A model generated the notes under the pieces. The model was given only the letters and a program-made list of their open reading frames with translations. It had not been told where the DNA came from and did not search any database. Of a DNA stretch of 64,000 nucleotides, positions 28,209 to 39,000 are shown in pieces (positions within the stretch are counted from its first letter, which is position 1; each line of letters opens with the position of its first letter). The position numbers and the translations under genes are program-made. Origin of the DNA: a virus (lineage: Duplodnaviria > Caudoviricetes). Where the stretch lies: positions 2,667 to 66,666 of IMG/VR virus record IMGVR_UViG_2645727892_000011. The stretch is one strand, 5' to 3'.

Positions 28209-28882
28209 TGAACCTCGAGGACCTGATTGCCTCTTTCCGCGATGACTCCACCGACAAGCTGGAGCCCTATCTGTGGGAAGACGACACCGTGACCCGCTGG
28301 CTCAATGAAGCCCAGGACGAGGCTGCCGTGCGCGGCCGTCTGCTGCTCGATGACAGCACGCCGGCGGTGACCACCATAGCGGTGAATGCGGGTCAGGCCT
28401 CGTATCAGCTCCACGCCAAGGTTTATGAAATCGCGCATCTGCACTGGCAGCCGAGCGCGGCGGCCCATCGTGGCAAGGCCGTGGATCTGGTGACGCGGGA
28501 ATGGCTGGACCGCCAGCACCCCGACTGGCGCGTGCGCATGGACTGCGATGCGATGTATGCCATCCAGACCGAGGGCGCGCTGCGCCTGGTGCCCACGCCG
28601 CGCGAGGCCGGGGTGCTGACGCTAGAGGCCTACCGCCTGCCGCTCAAGCCCCTGGCCAACGATCCCGACAAGCCGGAGATCCACGCGGCCAGCCACCCCT
28701 ATTTGGTGTATTGGGCACTGCACCGAGCTTTCAGTCAGCCTGATAGCGACGGGTTTGACCCGCAGCGCGCGGCCACGGCCGAGGCGGCCTTTACCGGCTA
28801 CTTTGGCGCGCGGCCAGATGCGGATCTGCGCCGCGCCACTCGCCACGATGTTCCCCAGGTCAACGCGACCTACATTTTTTAA
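28208..28882 (+). CDS. Head-tail adaptor protein
   Basis: LI..FR....D...PYLW.D......LNEAQ.EA..R; PEI....H..LV.WAL.RAFS..D. Confidence 0.75.
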   Translation: MNLEDLIASFRDDSTDKLEPYLWEDDTVTRWLNEAQDEAAVRGRLLLDDSTPAVTTIAVNAGQASYQLHAKVYEIAHLHWQPSAAAHRGKAVDLVTREWLDRQHPDWRVRMDCDAMYAIQTEGALRLVPTPREAGVLTLEAYRLPLKPLANDPDKPEIHAASHPYLVYWALHRAFSQPDSDGFDPQRAATAEAAFTGYFGARPDADLRRATRHDVPQVNATYIF

Positions 28883-28890
28883 GGTGCCGC

Positions 28891-30657
28891 ATGTTCGGAC
28901 TGTCCAAACCCATCCCCAAAGACAAGGGCGCGAAGCTGGCACAGGCCCAGAACCAGGCACCCGACAGCATTCCCGGCATGTTCAAACCGGGCGAATTCGT
29001 ACTGCCGCCCGATACTGTGCATGCGATGGGCGGTAAGCAAGCACTCCAAGGTGTGGTGGATGCCACGCATACGCCTGTGGCTGCATACGGTCTGAATGCG
29101 CCGCGCGCCAGCAGTTCGCAATCCAAGGCTGAGCCACAGTTGGGGCTCAAGCCCGAAGTGTTCTTTGCCAACGGCGGCGCCCCAGAGGACCAACTGCCTG
29201 GGCTGGGCCTGAAGCCGAGCGCGGCTCCCAGCCCCAGTAATACCTTCCCAGGCAACCGCCTGCCGGGTAACAGCGGATTCAGCAGCGCGCCACCCAGCGC
29301 GCCAGTGGTCAGTCCTACACCAGCGCCAGCCGGCATGACGGACGGCCAGCGCGCTGATGCTTTGGCTCAGATTCCAACCGGCGGGCCGAAGGCACCCGCT
29401 GCAGATGGTTCGCAGGACTCTTGGAGCAACACCGAAGCGGGCCGCAATATTGGCAATGCCGTGGCTTCCCTGCCCGGGCTGGGCGGTGTTGGCCGTGTTG
29501 CATCAACTGGCGGCGCAATCAGCCGCGGCCTCAACGCGGCATCCACCGCAGTGAATAACGCCGGCCGTGCGGCAAATGCAGTTCCAGCTATTGGTGCAGG
29601 CCTCTATGGCAGCGCTTCGCCGGCAGCGGCTGCATCCGTGGCAGCCACACCTCCTGCGACTTTTCGCGGTTCCGCCAATCCCGCTCTTGCGGGCTCAGCA
29701 GGCCCTACGACCTCTGCAGACTCAGCGGCAGAAACGCCGAGCAACCAGGTGATGGACGGCGTGTACAGCCATGGGCGCGGACAGTACAGCGATCAAGCCA
29801 GCGGCATGGGTTTTCCGGCTGGATTCACTGGCAAGCCCAATGCACGGAATTTGGCTGCAGCCGACAACCTTGCCGCTTCCAATGCGGCCCCGGCTGCTGC
29901 CGGCGGCACCACCGATGAGGGGGGCTTTGGTCTGCGCGCGCCATCCGTGGCGCACAGCGGCAATGACTGGGCGGCGCGCCAGCGGCTCAAGAATCTGGAG
30001 ACTTCGGCCAGCTCGATCATGAATACCCAGCGCTGGGGTGGCAAAGGTGCGGCCAGCAACCCGGCAGCGCAGAACTTCTTGGACGCAAGTCGCGCCGACC
30101 TGGCTGCGCAGGGCAAAGTGCCTGATTTTCAGATGCGTACCAATGAAATCAATGCCGGCCTGCGCCGTGCGGCCATGGCCGAGGCTGGAGCAGACCGCCG
30201 TGCACAGGGACAGATCGGCCTGGGGCTGGGGCAGTTGGCACTCGGTGCCCAGCGCAACGAACTGGATGCCCGACGAGTCGGCAGCGATGAACGTCTGCGC
30301 GCGCCGCAGATCCGAGCGGCCGAGCGCCTTGGGCAGCTGCAGGAGGCATACATCAACGCCAAGACTCCCGAAGAGCAGACTGCGATTGCAGGCCAGATTC
30401 GTGCCTACTCAGGCAAGAACGAGGACGAATGGCAGGCTGTCGCCCTGCAAGGCGGTACAGATGCGGCAGGCAACAAGACCGAGGGCATGCTGGCAGCTGT
30501 CAACAAGCGCAATGGTGAAATGAGGCGGATGGGGGCGCAGCAGCCGTCTGCCGGAGTCGTCATCACCAATGACGCTGCAGGCAGAGCTGTCTTTGCTCAA
30601 CTTCCACCTGGGTCCACGTACACAGGCCCGGATGGCAAGCAGTACAAGAAGGACTAG
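28891..30657 (+). CDS. Internal virion / ejection protein
   Basis: DSIP..F.PGEFVLP.D.V motif; Ala/Gly-rich; C-terminal LPPGSTYTGPDGK; lies before the giant protein. Confidence 0.65.
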   Translation: MFGLSKPIPKDKGAKLAQAQNQAPDSIPGMFKPGEFVLPPDTVHAMGGKQALQGVVDATHTPVAAYGLNAPRASSSQSKAEPQLGLKPEVFFANGGAPEDQLPGLGLKPSAAPSPSNTFPGNRLPGNSGFSSAPPSAPVVSPTPAPAGMTDGQRADALAQIPTGGPKAPAADGSQDSWSNTEAGRNIGNAVASLPGLGGVGRVASTGGAISRGLNAASTAVNNAGRAANAVPAIGAGLYGSASPAAAASVAATPPATFRGSANPALAGSAGPTTSADSAAETPSNQVMDGVYSHGRGQYSDQASGMGFPAGFTGKPNARNLAAADNLAASNAAPAAAGGTTDEGGFGLRAPSVAHSGNDWAARQRLKNLETSASSIMNTQRWGGKGAASNPAAQNFLDASRADLAAQGKVPDFQMRTNEINAGLRRAAMAEAGADRRAQGQIGLGLGQLALGAQRNELDARRVGSDERLRAPQIRAAERLGQLQEAYINAKTPEEQTAIAGQIRAYSGKNEDEWQAVALQGGTDAAGNKTEGMLAAVNKRNGEMRRMGAQQPSAGVVITNDAAGRAVFAQLPPGSTYTGPDGKQYKKD

Positions 30658-31319
30658 TTGAGAGGGGTGGAGCCTCTTTTCCACCACTCTTTGTCGCCAC
30701 CTTGAGCGTCGAGCTGACCCGTGAAAGGGGTCAAGCCGCTATTCTGGGTTTTGTACTCGCTCATAAGACGAATGATCTGCTGCGTGGTTCCGCTTGTCAG
30801 GATTTTTGCTTTGGCTTTGTCATTGACCCACCAGGCCTGAAAGCTTTTGCTGGCAAAAAGTGCATCAGCATCCGGATGCGCAGCATAAATCTTCCGGTAG
30901 TGGGTCTCGACATTCAAAAGCTGCTCGTCATTTTGATAGGTGTGCTGACCGAGGATTTCGGCAGGTAGTCGATACCGCATGCACATGTCTGTGCTTCCGT
31001 TCGACTTGGTGTAAAGGCAATCACATGACTGCTTGATCAGCGCGGCTGCTGGTTGCCATGCCGTGTCTTTCGTTTTTTCCAGGGTGCATTGATCAGGAGA
31101 TGTGTTGTTGAGAAGTCCGCGCGCAGAGCCACGACGGATTTCGTAGAACTTATCGGGAAATCGTTGGCTGCATATGTTGAGCGCTGCTGTGTACGCCATG
31201 GCATTTTTGACACCAGCCATGTTTTCAACGACACATGTCGCGAAGTTTGCTGCTTGCGCTTGCGCGGCCACCAGCGCCAGCAGTGCGCCACCTAGCATCG
31301 CTCTCATCTTCTTTTGCAT
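30654..31319 (-). CDS. Secreted moron protein: Cys-rich domain, scaffold-like domain and ejection-protein-like tail
   Basis: Signal peptide ending AQA-A; AGGAGG RBS; alignments given in findings. Confidence 0.8.
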   Translation of the reverse strand: MQKKMRAMLGGALLALVAAQAQAANFATCVVENMAGVKNAMAYTAALNICSQRFPDKFYEIRRGSARGLLNNTSPDQCTLEKTKDTAWQPAAALIKQSCDCLYTKSNGSTDMCMRYRLPAEILGQHTYQNDEQLLNVETHYRKIYAAHPDADALFASKSFQAWWVNDKAKAKILTSGTTQQIIRLMSEYKTQNSGLTPFTGQLDAQGGDKEWWKRGSTPLN

Positions 31320-31427
31320 GTTCCCTCCTGCAAAGGGACTGTAGCAGAGCAGATTGATTTCATTGGGTATTTGCGCCTCTCAATCGCGGCATCGATTGAG
31401 CTTCACATAGGCCTGGGCAGCACAGAC

Positions 31428-32258
31428 TCAGCGGGCGGCTTGTGCGGCTTGCAATTGACGCTGCCGGAAATCAAGCCAGCTCTGACGTTTGGCTGTGATC
31501 CTGCGCACGATGCGAGGCCATTCCTGTTCGGCGAACCCTTTTCCGGCGTAGGCGATCGCTTCAGCCGGAATTGCATCAAGTGCGTCGAGCTGGAAGTTCA
31601 TGAAGCAATAGCGCCCGGCTTTGTATTCCGCTAGCTCCGCGATTTGACGTATCGCTTTAGCTACCTGTGCGGGGTCTTCAGCAGATTGGAGCAGAGTCAG
31701 AAGGAACTTATTGGCTATAGCAATCATCCACTGCGCTTGCAGGGGGCCATTGCCCAAGCGCTTGGAGGCGATGAGTTCGAGATTTGCGAAGCGACTCTCC
31801 AGGCAAAGCAGTGGATGCATGACTTGCAGGCGCCCACCCTCGAGCTCCACAGAGACGGCGAATTTGACAATATCCTCAACTGCTAAACCGGCGATGGCTC
31901 TCAGAAAGTCCATCAGAAGCACACGCTTCCCATCGCGTAGCAAATACACGATCGCCGCGCTGGGCGTTGCATCAAAGTCTCCAGCAAGGTGAAGTTCTAC
32001 GTCGGAGGGCGCGCCTAGGCGGCTGGATAGCCACTTGGCATCCAACTTTCCACCAAGCCAATCCGCGTCCTCGGTAAGAGTTTGGTGCGCGCCCAGAGGG
32101 GAAGGCACGTCAAAAATGATTCCCCAAACGGCAATAGCCTGACCGCCTACAAGAATGAGACGGTCAGGATCTTCTGCAATCTTAGAGGTTACAAACTTGA
32201 AGTCTTCTACAGTAAAACTGTCGAGGCCCTGCTTTTTCAGCAGTTCGCGAAGGATCAT
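31428..32258 (-). CDS. Nucleotidyltransferase-fold protein (AbiEii/MenT-like)
   Basis: LILVGGQA...LTEDADW (GG...DxD), LMDFL; lower GC. Confidence 0.7.
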   Translation of the reverse strand: MILRELLKKQGLDSFTVEDFKFVTSKIAEDPDRLILVGGQAIAVWGIIFDVPSPLGAHQTLTEDADWLGGKLDAKWLSSRLGAPSDVELHLAGDFDATPSAAIVYLLRDGKRVLLMDFLRAIAGLAVEDIVKFAVSVELEGGRLQVMHPLLCLESRFANLELIASKRLGNGPLQAQWMIAIANKFLLTLLQSAEDPAQVAKAIRQIAELAEYKAGRYCFMNFQLDALDAIPAEAIAYAGKGFAEQEWPRIVRRITAKRQSWLDFRQRQLQAAQAAR

Positions 32259-32270
32259 GCTGCGGAGAAC

Positions 32271-32480
32271 TTAGAGCTTGGGCCAGGCGATAACGCGCGC
32301 AGAAATGCCCATAGGCATGAAGCTGGCAAAGCTGCGGACGTCCTCATCGGGCTGAAGGTGTTTTGCAGACGCAGAGATCTTGCGCGCTGCATTTTTTGCG
32401 GCCCCCAATGAATAGTGACCTGGCGCGTGCTTGAGTCCGCGCGAACGGCGAACAACATCGCTAGCAATAAATTTGGCCAT
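32271..32480 (-). CDS. Small basic protein upstream of the nucleotidyltransferase
   Basis: 69-aa ORF ending 12 nt before the NTase start; promoter TTGCAA-N17-TAATAT upstream. Confidence 0.5.
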   Translation of the reverse strand: MAKFIASDVVRRSRGLKHAPGHYSLGAAKNAARKISASAKHLQPDEDVRSFASFMPMGISARVIAWPKL

Positions 32481-32667
32481 GGCTAAAGAGGGCGTGAAAC
32501 CAAAGAGGTGGTGCGGGAATATTAGCACCACTATTTGCAACTTGCAATTTGAGCTACCTAAAAAAGCCTTTGAAATCAATCTGTTAAAACATTTTACTCG
32601 AGTTGCTGTAAAAAAATACCTTTGTAAAACAAGCGCTTAGGACTCGAACCTAAGGCGGTCTGTGATA

Positions 32668-32685
32668 CCCCTTCTAGGGCTCGAC
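32668..32685 (+). promoter_or_regulatory. Late-promoter motif copy 3
   Basis: CCCCTTCTAGGGCTCGAC-N19-TGTCAT-N6-ATG. Confidence 0.65.
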
Positions 32686-32716
32686 AAAGCTCCCTAGCTT
32701 GAGGTGTCATTGGCTC

Positions 32717-32980
32717 ATGAGCACTTACTTTATCGCCTTGGCCTTTGCCCTGAGTCTGGCTACCTCTGTTGTTGCTGTTGTCGTTGCCCTGCGGGCGATG
32801 GCTGAAGCCCAGCGAGTCCATGCCAGCAAAGATGCGGATCTCGAATATCTGCTGTGGCTGCAGGATCACATTGCGCGCGGCGTTGAGTTGCTCGCGCGCG
32901 GATGTGCCTCAAACCATGATCAAGCGGGCCTCAGAGCCTGGGAGAGCGCCGTAGATCAGTACGAGAGCAGCCTTCATTGA
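32717..32980 (+). CDS. Small membrane-anchored protein
   Basis: N-terminal transmembrane segment; ATG at the predicted +1 of motif copy 3. Confidence 0.55.
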   Translation: MSTYFIALAFALSLATSVVAVVVALRAMAEAQRVHASKDADLEYLLWLQDHIARGVELLARGCASNHDQAGLRAWESAVDQYESSLH

Positions 32981-33021
32981 CCCGCCTGGGAAGTTCATGA
33001 ACTCCCCGCCCTTGTGAGTCC

Positions 33022-33039
33022 ACCCTGCTAGGGTTCGAC
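33022..33039 (+). promoter_or_regulatory. Late-promoter motif copy 4 (giant gene)
   Basis: ACCCTGCTAGGGTTCGAC-N18-TGTCAT-N6-ATG. Confidence 0.7.
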
Positions 33040-33069
33040 CCGCCGGCAGGGGTGAGGTGTCATTGGGGG

Positions 33070-36000
33070 ATGGCAAATACCAATGACTGGTGGAAAAGCG
33101 GCGCCACCCCTGTTGAACAGCCGTCGACAACGCAGGATGACGGCTGGTGGAAGGCTGGTGCTAAAGAGATAGCGCCTGAGTCACCATCGCGTGGCGTGAA
33201 GGGCTGGGCGCAGGACATTGCTGGAGTTGCAATCAACAGCGCCATCGGCATCCCTGAGGCAGTTGTCGGTTTGGCGGACATCCCCACTGGCGGTCGTGTC
33301 GGCAAATTCCTGGAGAACCAGGGTGGTGCGGTGGGCTTCCGTCCCAAGGAAGCCAAGCAGTTCGTTAACGAGAATATCAAGTCGGACGCATCGCGTGAGG
33401 CGCGGCGCAAGTTCCAAGAGGCCGATGGCGTCGTCGACAAGGCCGTTGTGGCGGCCCAGAACCCTAGCCTAATCCTTGAGGGTGTTGGCGAATCGCTGGG
33501 CGCTATGGGCGCGGGAGGGGTGGTCTCCCGTGGTCTGATGGCCGCCACCCGCCTGGGTCAGATGGGCGCCAAGGGCGCGGCCATCGCTGGCGCTGCTGGT
33601 GAGGGTGTGGTGGGCGCTGGCTCGGCCGCAGAGCAGATCCGCCAGCAGACCGCAGACGGCGAGCTGACCGCCAAGCAGGCTGCCCTGGCCGCCGGTACCG
33701 GCCTGGCTACGGGTGCGCTGGGCTTTGCGGGCAACAAGGTTGCCAACCGCCTGGGCATTGGCGATGCCGACATGATGCTGGCCCAGGGCACCAAGGGAAT
33801 GGCCAAGGATGCCGCAGAGCGCGCCACGGCCGCAGCCGTCAATCCTCTGGCCCAGCCTGCGCAAAAGAGCATCCTGCGCCAGATGGGCGAGGGCGCGATC
33901 ACCGAGGGCGTGCTCGAGGAGCTGCCCCAGTCGGTATCTGAGCAGATCCTGCAGAACGAGGCATTGGGCAAGTCTTGGAGCGATGGCCTGGATGACGCCA
34001 TTGTGATGGGCATCCTGTCGGGCGGCGCCATGGGTGCAGGCGCGGCGGGCTATCGCGGCTTCAAGGACAAGCAAATCGATGATGCAGCGGCCAATGCCAG
34101 GAGCGCTGCAGCCAATGCCCCGGGCGCTACCCCCGGTCAAGATCAGGCCGCTGGTGCTGTGCCGCCCGCAGCTTGGACGACTTCGGCCGGCGCGGCAGCC
34201 AAGGTGGAGCCCGGCACGGCACCGGCATCCCCGGCCAATGCTCCAAATCTGGATTATGAAACCCTGCCAGGTGCGGCTCCCGAGGCTGTCGGCAAGGAAA
34301 TTCCCTTTGAGCGCGAGTTTGATACCGGTGGCCTGAGCCTGCAAAGCACGCAGCCGGCGGCTGTGCCCCCCGTACTGGATCACGACGTTCTGCGAGACAA
34401 AGCCGGCGTGATGATGGCGCCCCAACTGGATGCCGGCCGCATTGAGGTCGAAACCGGCCTGCATCCGCTGTCCAACGAGCAGCCACCACGCCAATGGGAT
34501 ACGGGCAATCTGAGCCTGTTGGGCGAGGGGCAGCCCCAGGCGCCGCTGAGCCAACGCATGGGCCTGGATCCGAAGGCCGGCGCGCTGTCCAAGGCGGCAG
34601 CCATGGCGGTGGATTCAGGCGCTTCCCCAGTGCTGCAGCCCCAGGCCGCTCCAGTGCTGGAGCAGCAGCAGGCCGCGCCCCAAGTGCCGGCCGGAGTGGA
34701 TCCGGATACCGGCGAGATATCGCTGCAGTCCCAGATGGACGAGCTCAAAAGCCGCATTGCCTTCATGAATCAGCAGGGCGCGACGCAGGGCTGGGACGGC
34801 AATAGGGCTGCCCAGCGCAATGCGCTGCAGACCCAGCTCACCCGGCTGGAGCTGCAGGCCGCCGGCGGGCAGGACCGCGGCGCCTCGACCGCCGGCGCGC
34901 CAGCACCGGTGCAGCTGACCGGCATCAACCAGATCCTGGCCAAGCAGGTCCCTGACATGAACGAGCAGGAGTTACAGCAGGCCATCGCCCATTACGGACC
35001 CAACCACAAGCGCACCAAGAAACTCGAAAAAGCACTCCAAGCGCTTGCGCAAAAACCGCTAACAGCTATTGAATCAGGAGCGAATGGCAATGTCTCTCAA
35101 GCCGATCAAACCCAGCAAGGCAGCGCGCAACCTGCGCAAGCAGGAGCAGCGAAAGCTGGCCAAGATGCAGGCCAAGGGGTAGGCAATGGCACCACCCCAG
35201 CTGCGAACCTTGGAGCGCAAGAGCAGGGCGCGAGCCTTGCGAAAGCTCAAGCGCAAGTCTCGGAAGCAGCCGGCGCGGCCCAGGAAGCCGTAGGCAAGGC
35301 GGCGCAGATCGCGCGTGAAGGCAATGCAGAACGTGAAGCCCAGCGCCAGCGACAGCTCGATGCCAGCGAACGCTGGACCCGCATGACCACGGTTGAGCGC
35401 CAGGCCGTGACGGCCACCGCGCCAGGCCTGAACCCCATCGCACGCAAGAACCTGCACACCCGTGCATGGCCGGACATTGGCGAGAAGATCCGCGACAAAC
35501 TGCTGGATTCGCTGGTGGAGCCGCTTGTGGCGCCAGCCGGTCAAGGGCCAGATGCTGCACAAAGCGTAGCAAATGCAGCGCCTCCTGCTGTCTCCGCAGA
35601 GGCGCCGGCGAAGCCTGCCGCGCAGCCCGTAGGCGATGAAAAGCCGTTCGCGGCAGAGACTGGCACGCTGGGGATTCCACGCGCCGAGATGCCCCAGGTG
35701 CCTACGGCCAACCATGGCGGCCTGGTCAAGCACCTGAATGCCCAGGGCATTGCCCACGAAACCACGACCGTGGACGCGGCCCAGCTCAAGCCTACCCAGG
35801 CTGAATATTCGCCGTCCAAGGTGGAGGCAGCCAAGAGCGCGACCGGCGACCGCGCGGTGATCGTGTCGAGTGATGGCCACATCATTGACGGCCACCACCA
35901 GGCAGTCGCGGCAGCCGAGGAAGGCAAGCAGGTCAAGGCCATTGTGCTGGATGCACCAGTGGAGCAGGCTCTTGCAGCGGTGAAGGCTTCGCCAAGCGCG

Positions 36001-39000
36001 AATGCCGCTTCTGTGCAGGAGCAGCCTGATAGTGGCGACTTTCCTATGTCCGAAGCTGTGCAAAGCTACAGCGGCATTTCCCACTCAGGCCGCAGTCGCG
36101 CCGATGGGGACAAGCAGGCCTTTGACAAGTTCATGGAGTCGGCACGTTCAGCTGCTGAAAAGCTCGCCACCAGCGATGCCCAGCGCGATGCCTTGGCAGC
36201 AGCTACAGAAAGCCTGCGCGCTGACTACCTGAAGCAGTACCGATCCCTGATGAGTGTGCGAGCAGGCGCTTACAGTGGGTTTGTTGCTGGGCGCGGCAAC
36301 CTCAACAGCAAGCAGGCCAACAGCCGCAATAGCGCGCTGGACAAGGCCATGGAGCGCTTTGATAGCTGGGTCGGTGACAACGCGGATCGCGTGAGCAAGG
36401 CCGTGCTGGCCGCGCGCACCCCTGAGCAGGTAAAGGCTGACCGGGACGCAGTAGCCGCGAAGAGTAAGGAGAAGGCCGACAAAAAGGCCGCTGACCTCAA
36501 GGCAACGCTGCTCAAGTTCCTGAGCTTCAAGAGCGGCGACAACATGCCCTATGGCAAGAGCGCCATCATTACCAAGGTCAGCTATGACCGTGACGGCTAC
36601 CCCAGCAGCCTGACTTTCAAGATGGCCGATGGCTCGCCGTTGACTGATGACAGTTTGGACCTGTTGGGCACACTCAAGGACAAAGGCGAAACCTTGGAAC
36701 AGGCCAAGGCCCGGATTCGTGGGCTGGTCGATGAGGTGCGTGCTGAGAATCCGGAGCTGACCAAAGGCATCGGTGCGATGCGCGCGGCGGCATCCGCCAA
36801 AGTCGCCAAGTCAGCCACGGAGCCTGCACCATCGCCAGCAGCAAGCTCTTTCCTTGAACGTCATAACAAGATCGAGGACGGCATCAGCGCTGGCACGCTG
36901 GCGCTGGATGACTACAAGAGCACCTTTGCCGAGCTGGAATCTAACCAGGATGCGGTGCTTTCCGAGCTGCAGCAATTGACAAAGGACAAGCTGCTGCGCG
37001 CCGGAGGCCCGGCGTTTGCCTATCGGATGGGGAGCGAGAAGAAGGACGCCATTGTCCTGGCTGCCTATCAAAAGATGCTGGATACCTACGCGCTGGGGCG
37101 CAGCTATGGGCCAGGCATTCAATTCCTGTCTGCAGCCAATATTGCCAAGAACAAGGCCGACAAGGCCCAGGCACTGCGCGAGCTGGTGGGCAACACCACG
37201 GCCGAAGACCTGGCTGCCCGGGCTGCTGAAATCAAGGCGCTGCGCGAGGAATTCAAAGCACAGCGGACTGCAGAGGCAGAGGCGCTGGCCAACCCCAAGA
37301 CCTTGCAGGACTTCCGCGGCTTCATGAGCCATTGGGTCGATCAAGGGGAAACCAGCCAAGCGGCCTATCTGCGCCTGACACCCGAGCAGCGCCAGCAGTT
37401 TGATGCCCTGGAGGCCGAGCAGACGAAGGACCAACGCGAGGCAGAGAAGCGCCGGGCCCGGGTCACGGTGCAAAGCGCCGGCAACACCACGGCCGGCGAA
37501 CTCATCGCCACCAAACACACCAAGCATGGGCATGACCTGTTTGTGGTGCAGCTGGCCGAGCGCGTTGAGCGCGATGCTTACGACACCCTCAACGGCAGCG
37601 CCAAGCGCCTGGGCGGCAGCTACAGCAGCTATCGTGGCAATGGCGCGGTACCGGGCTTTCAGTTCCGTACCCGTGAAGCGGCCGAGGCGTTCCAGAAGCT
37701 GGTGGCCGGCGATACAGCCCAGGCCCAGGATCTAGCCAACCAGCGCCGCGACGCTTTCGAGGATGACAAGAGCCAGACCACGGTAGAGCGCTTGCGCGCG
37801 ATGGCGGAAGCCTTGGACCAAGGTGCCGACGAGCAGCTTGGGGCCGACCGCAAGACCAATACCGCCCGCCGGGCACGCATGGCCAATGCGGCCGAGGACG
37901 CAGCGCGCGGCAGCAAGGCCTACGCAGGCACCATGCGCAATCTGGCGGATGCCATCGAGGCGGACAAGGTCCAGTTCTTGGATGGTGTTCGCACCAAGAC
38001 GCAACTGTCTCAATTGCTGCAGGCTCTGGGATCGGCCAAGGTGCAGCAGTTGATGGCCAAGCATGGCTCTTGGGCCGCAGTCGAAGAGAACAAGCACGCG
38101 CCAATGGATGCCCAGACGGTGGACTTTGCCGAGTTTCCCCGCTTCTCTATGTACCGCAGCGACCTTGCCGGCCTGGCGCGCCAGTTGCTGGAAATTGAGG
38201 GTGGCAAGAAGATGGGCGCGGCTTTGGCCCGTCTTGCGGATGATGTGACTGACGCCTACACGAGCTGGGCGAAAGACAACCTGCTCAGTGTGAGCCACTT
38301 CGGCAACAAGACCAAGGGCGGCTTTGCAGACTACGCCAGCAAGGATCTGGCCGAGCGCGCCATTAAGCGTAGTGGTCTGGTGGGCAAAGCCGTGGTCTTG
38401 CAGATCAAGCGCGGCCAAAACCGCGTGATTCTGTCGCCCGGTGAGGCGATGCAGCAGGGGCTATGGCAGGGTGATGGCGACAAGCGCATTCAACTGGGCA
38501 TGCCGTTTGTGGAGGATCTTGCCAAGCTGGGCAAGCGCAAGGGATCCAAGGCGCTGGCCCTGCCTTGGCAGCTGGAGAGCACACTGGAGAAGCGCCAGCG
38601 CCTGCAGCGCATGGGCATTCAAACCCCCGCCGAATTCCGCAGCGCCCTGCGCGAGCTGCAGAACTTGCGCCAGGAGCGTGCCGAGCCTGACCGCATCAAG
38701 CAGCTCGAGCGTTCCATGGTGGGGCGCGCCAATGATGGCCTGGACTTCTTCCCAACCGGCGCGGCAGCGACAGCGGCAGCCATCGATGCGGCGGAGATTC
38801 AGCCGGGTATGGAGGTTCTGGAGCCACACGCAGGCATGGCGCACATTGCTGATGCCATTCGTGAACAAACCGGCGTGGAGCCTGATGTGGGTGAGCTGTC
38901 CAACGCCCGCCGCGAGCTGCTGGAGGCCAAAGGTTACAACCTGGTGAGCTCGGATTTCCTGGAGCTGCAAGGTAAGCAGTACGACCGGATCGTTATGAAC

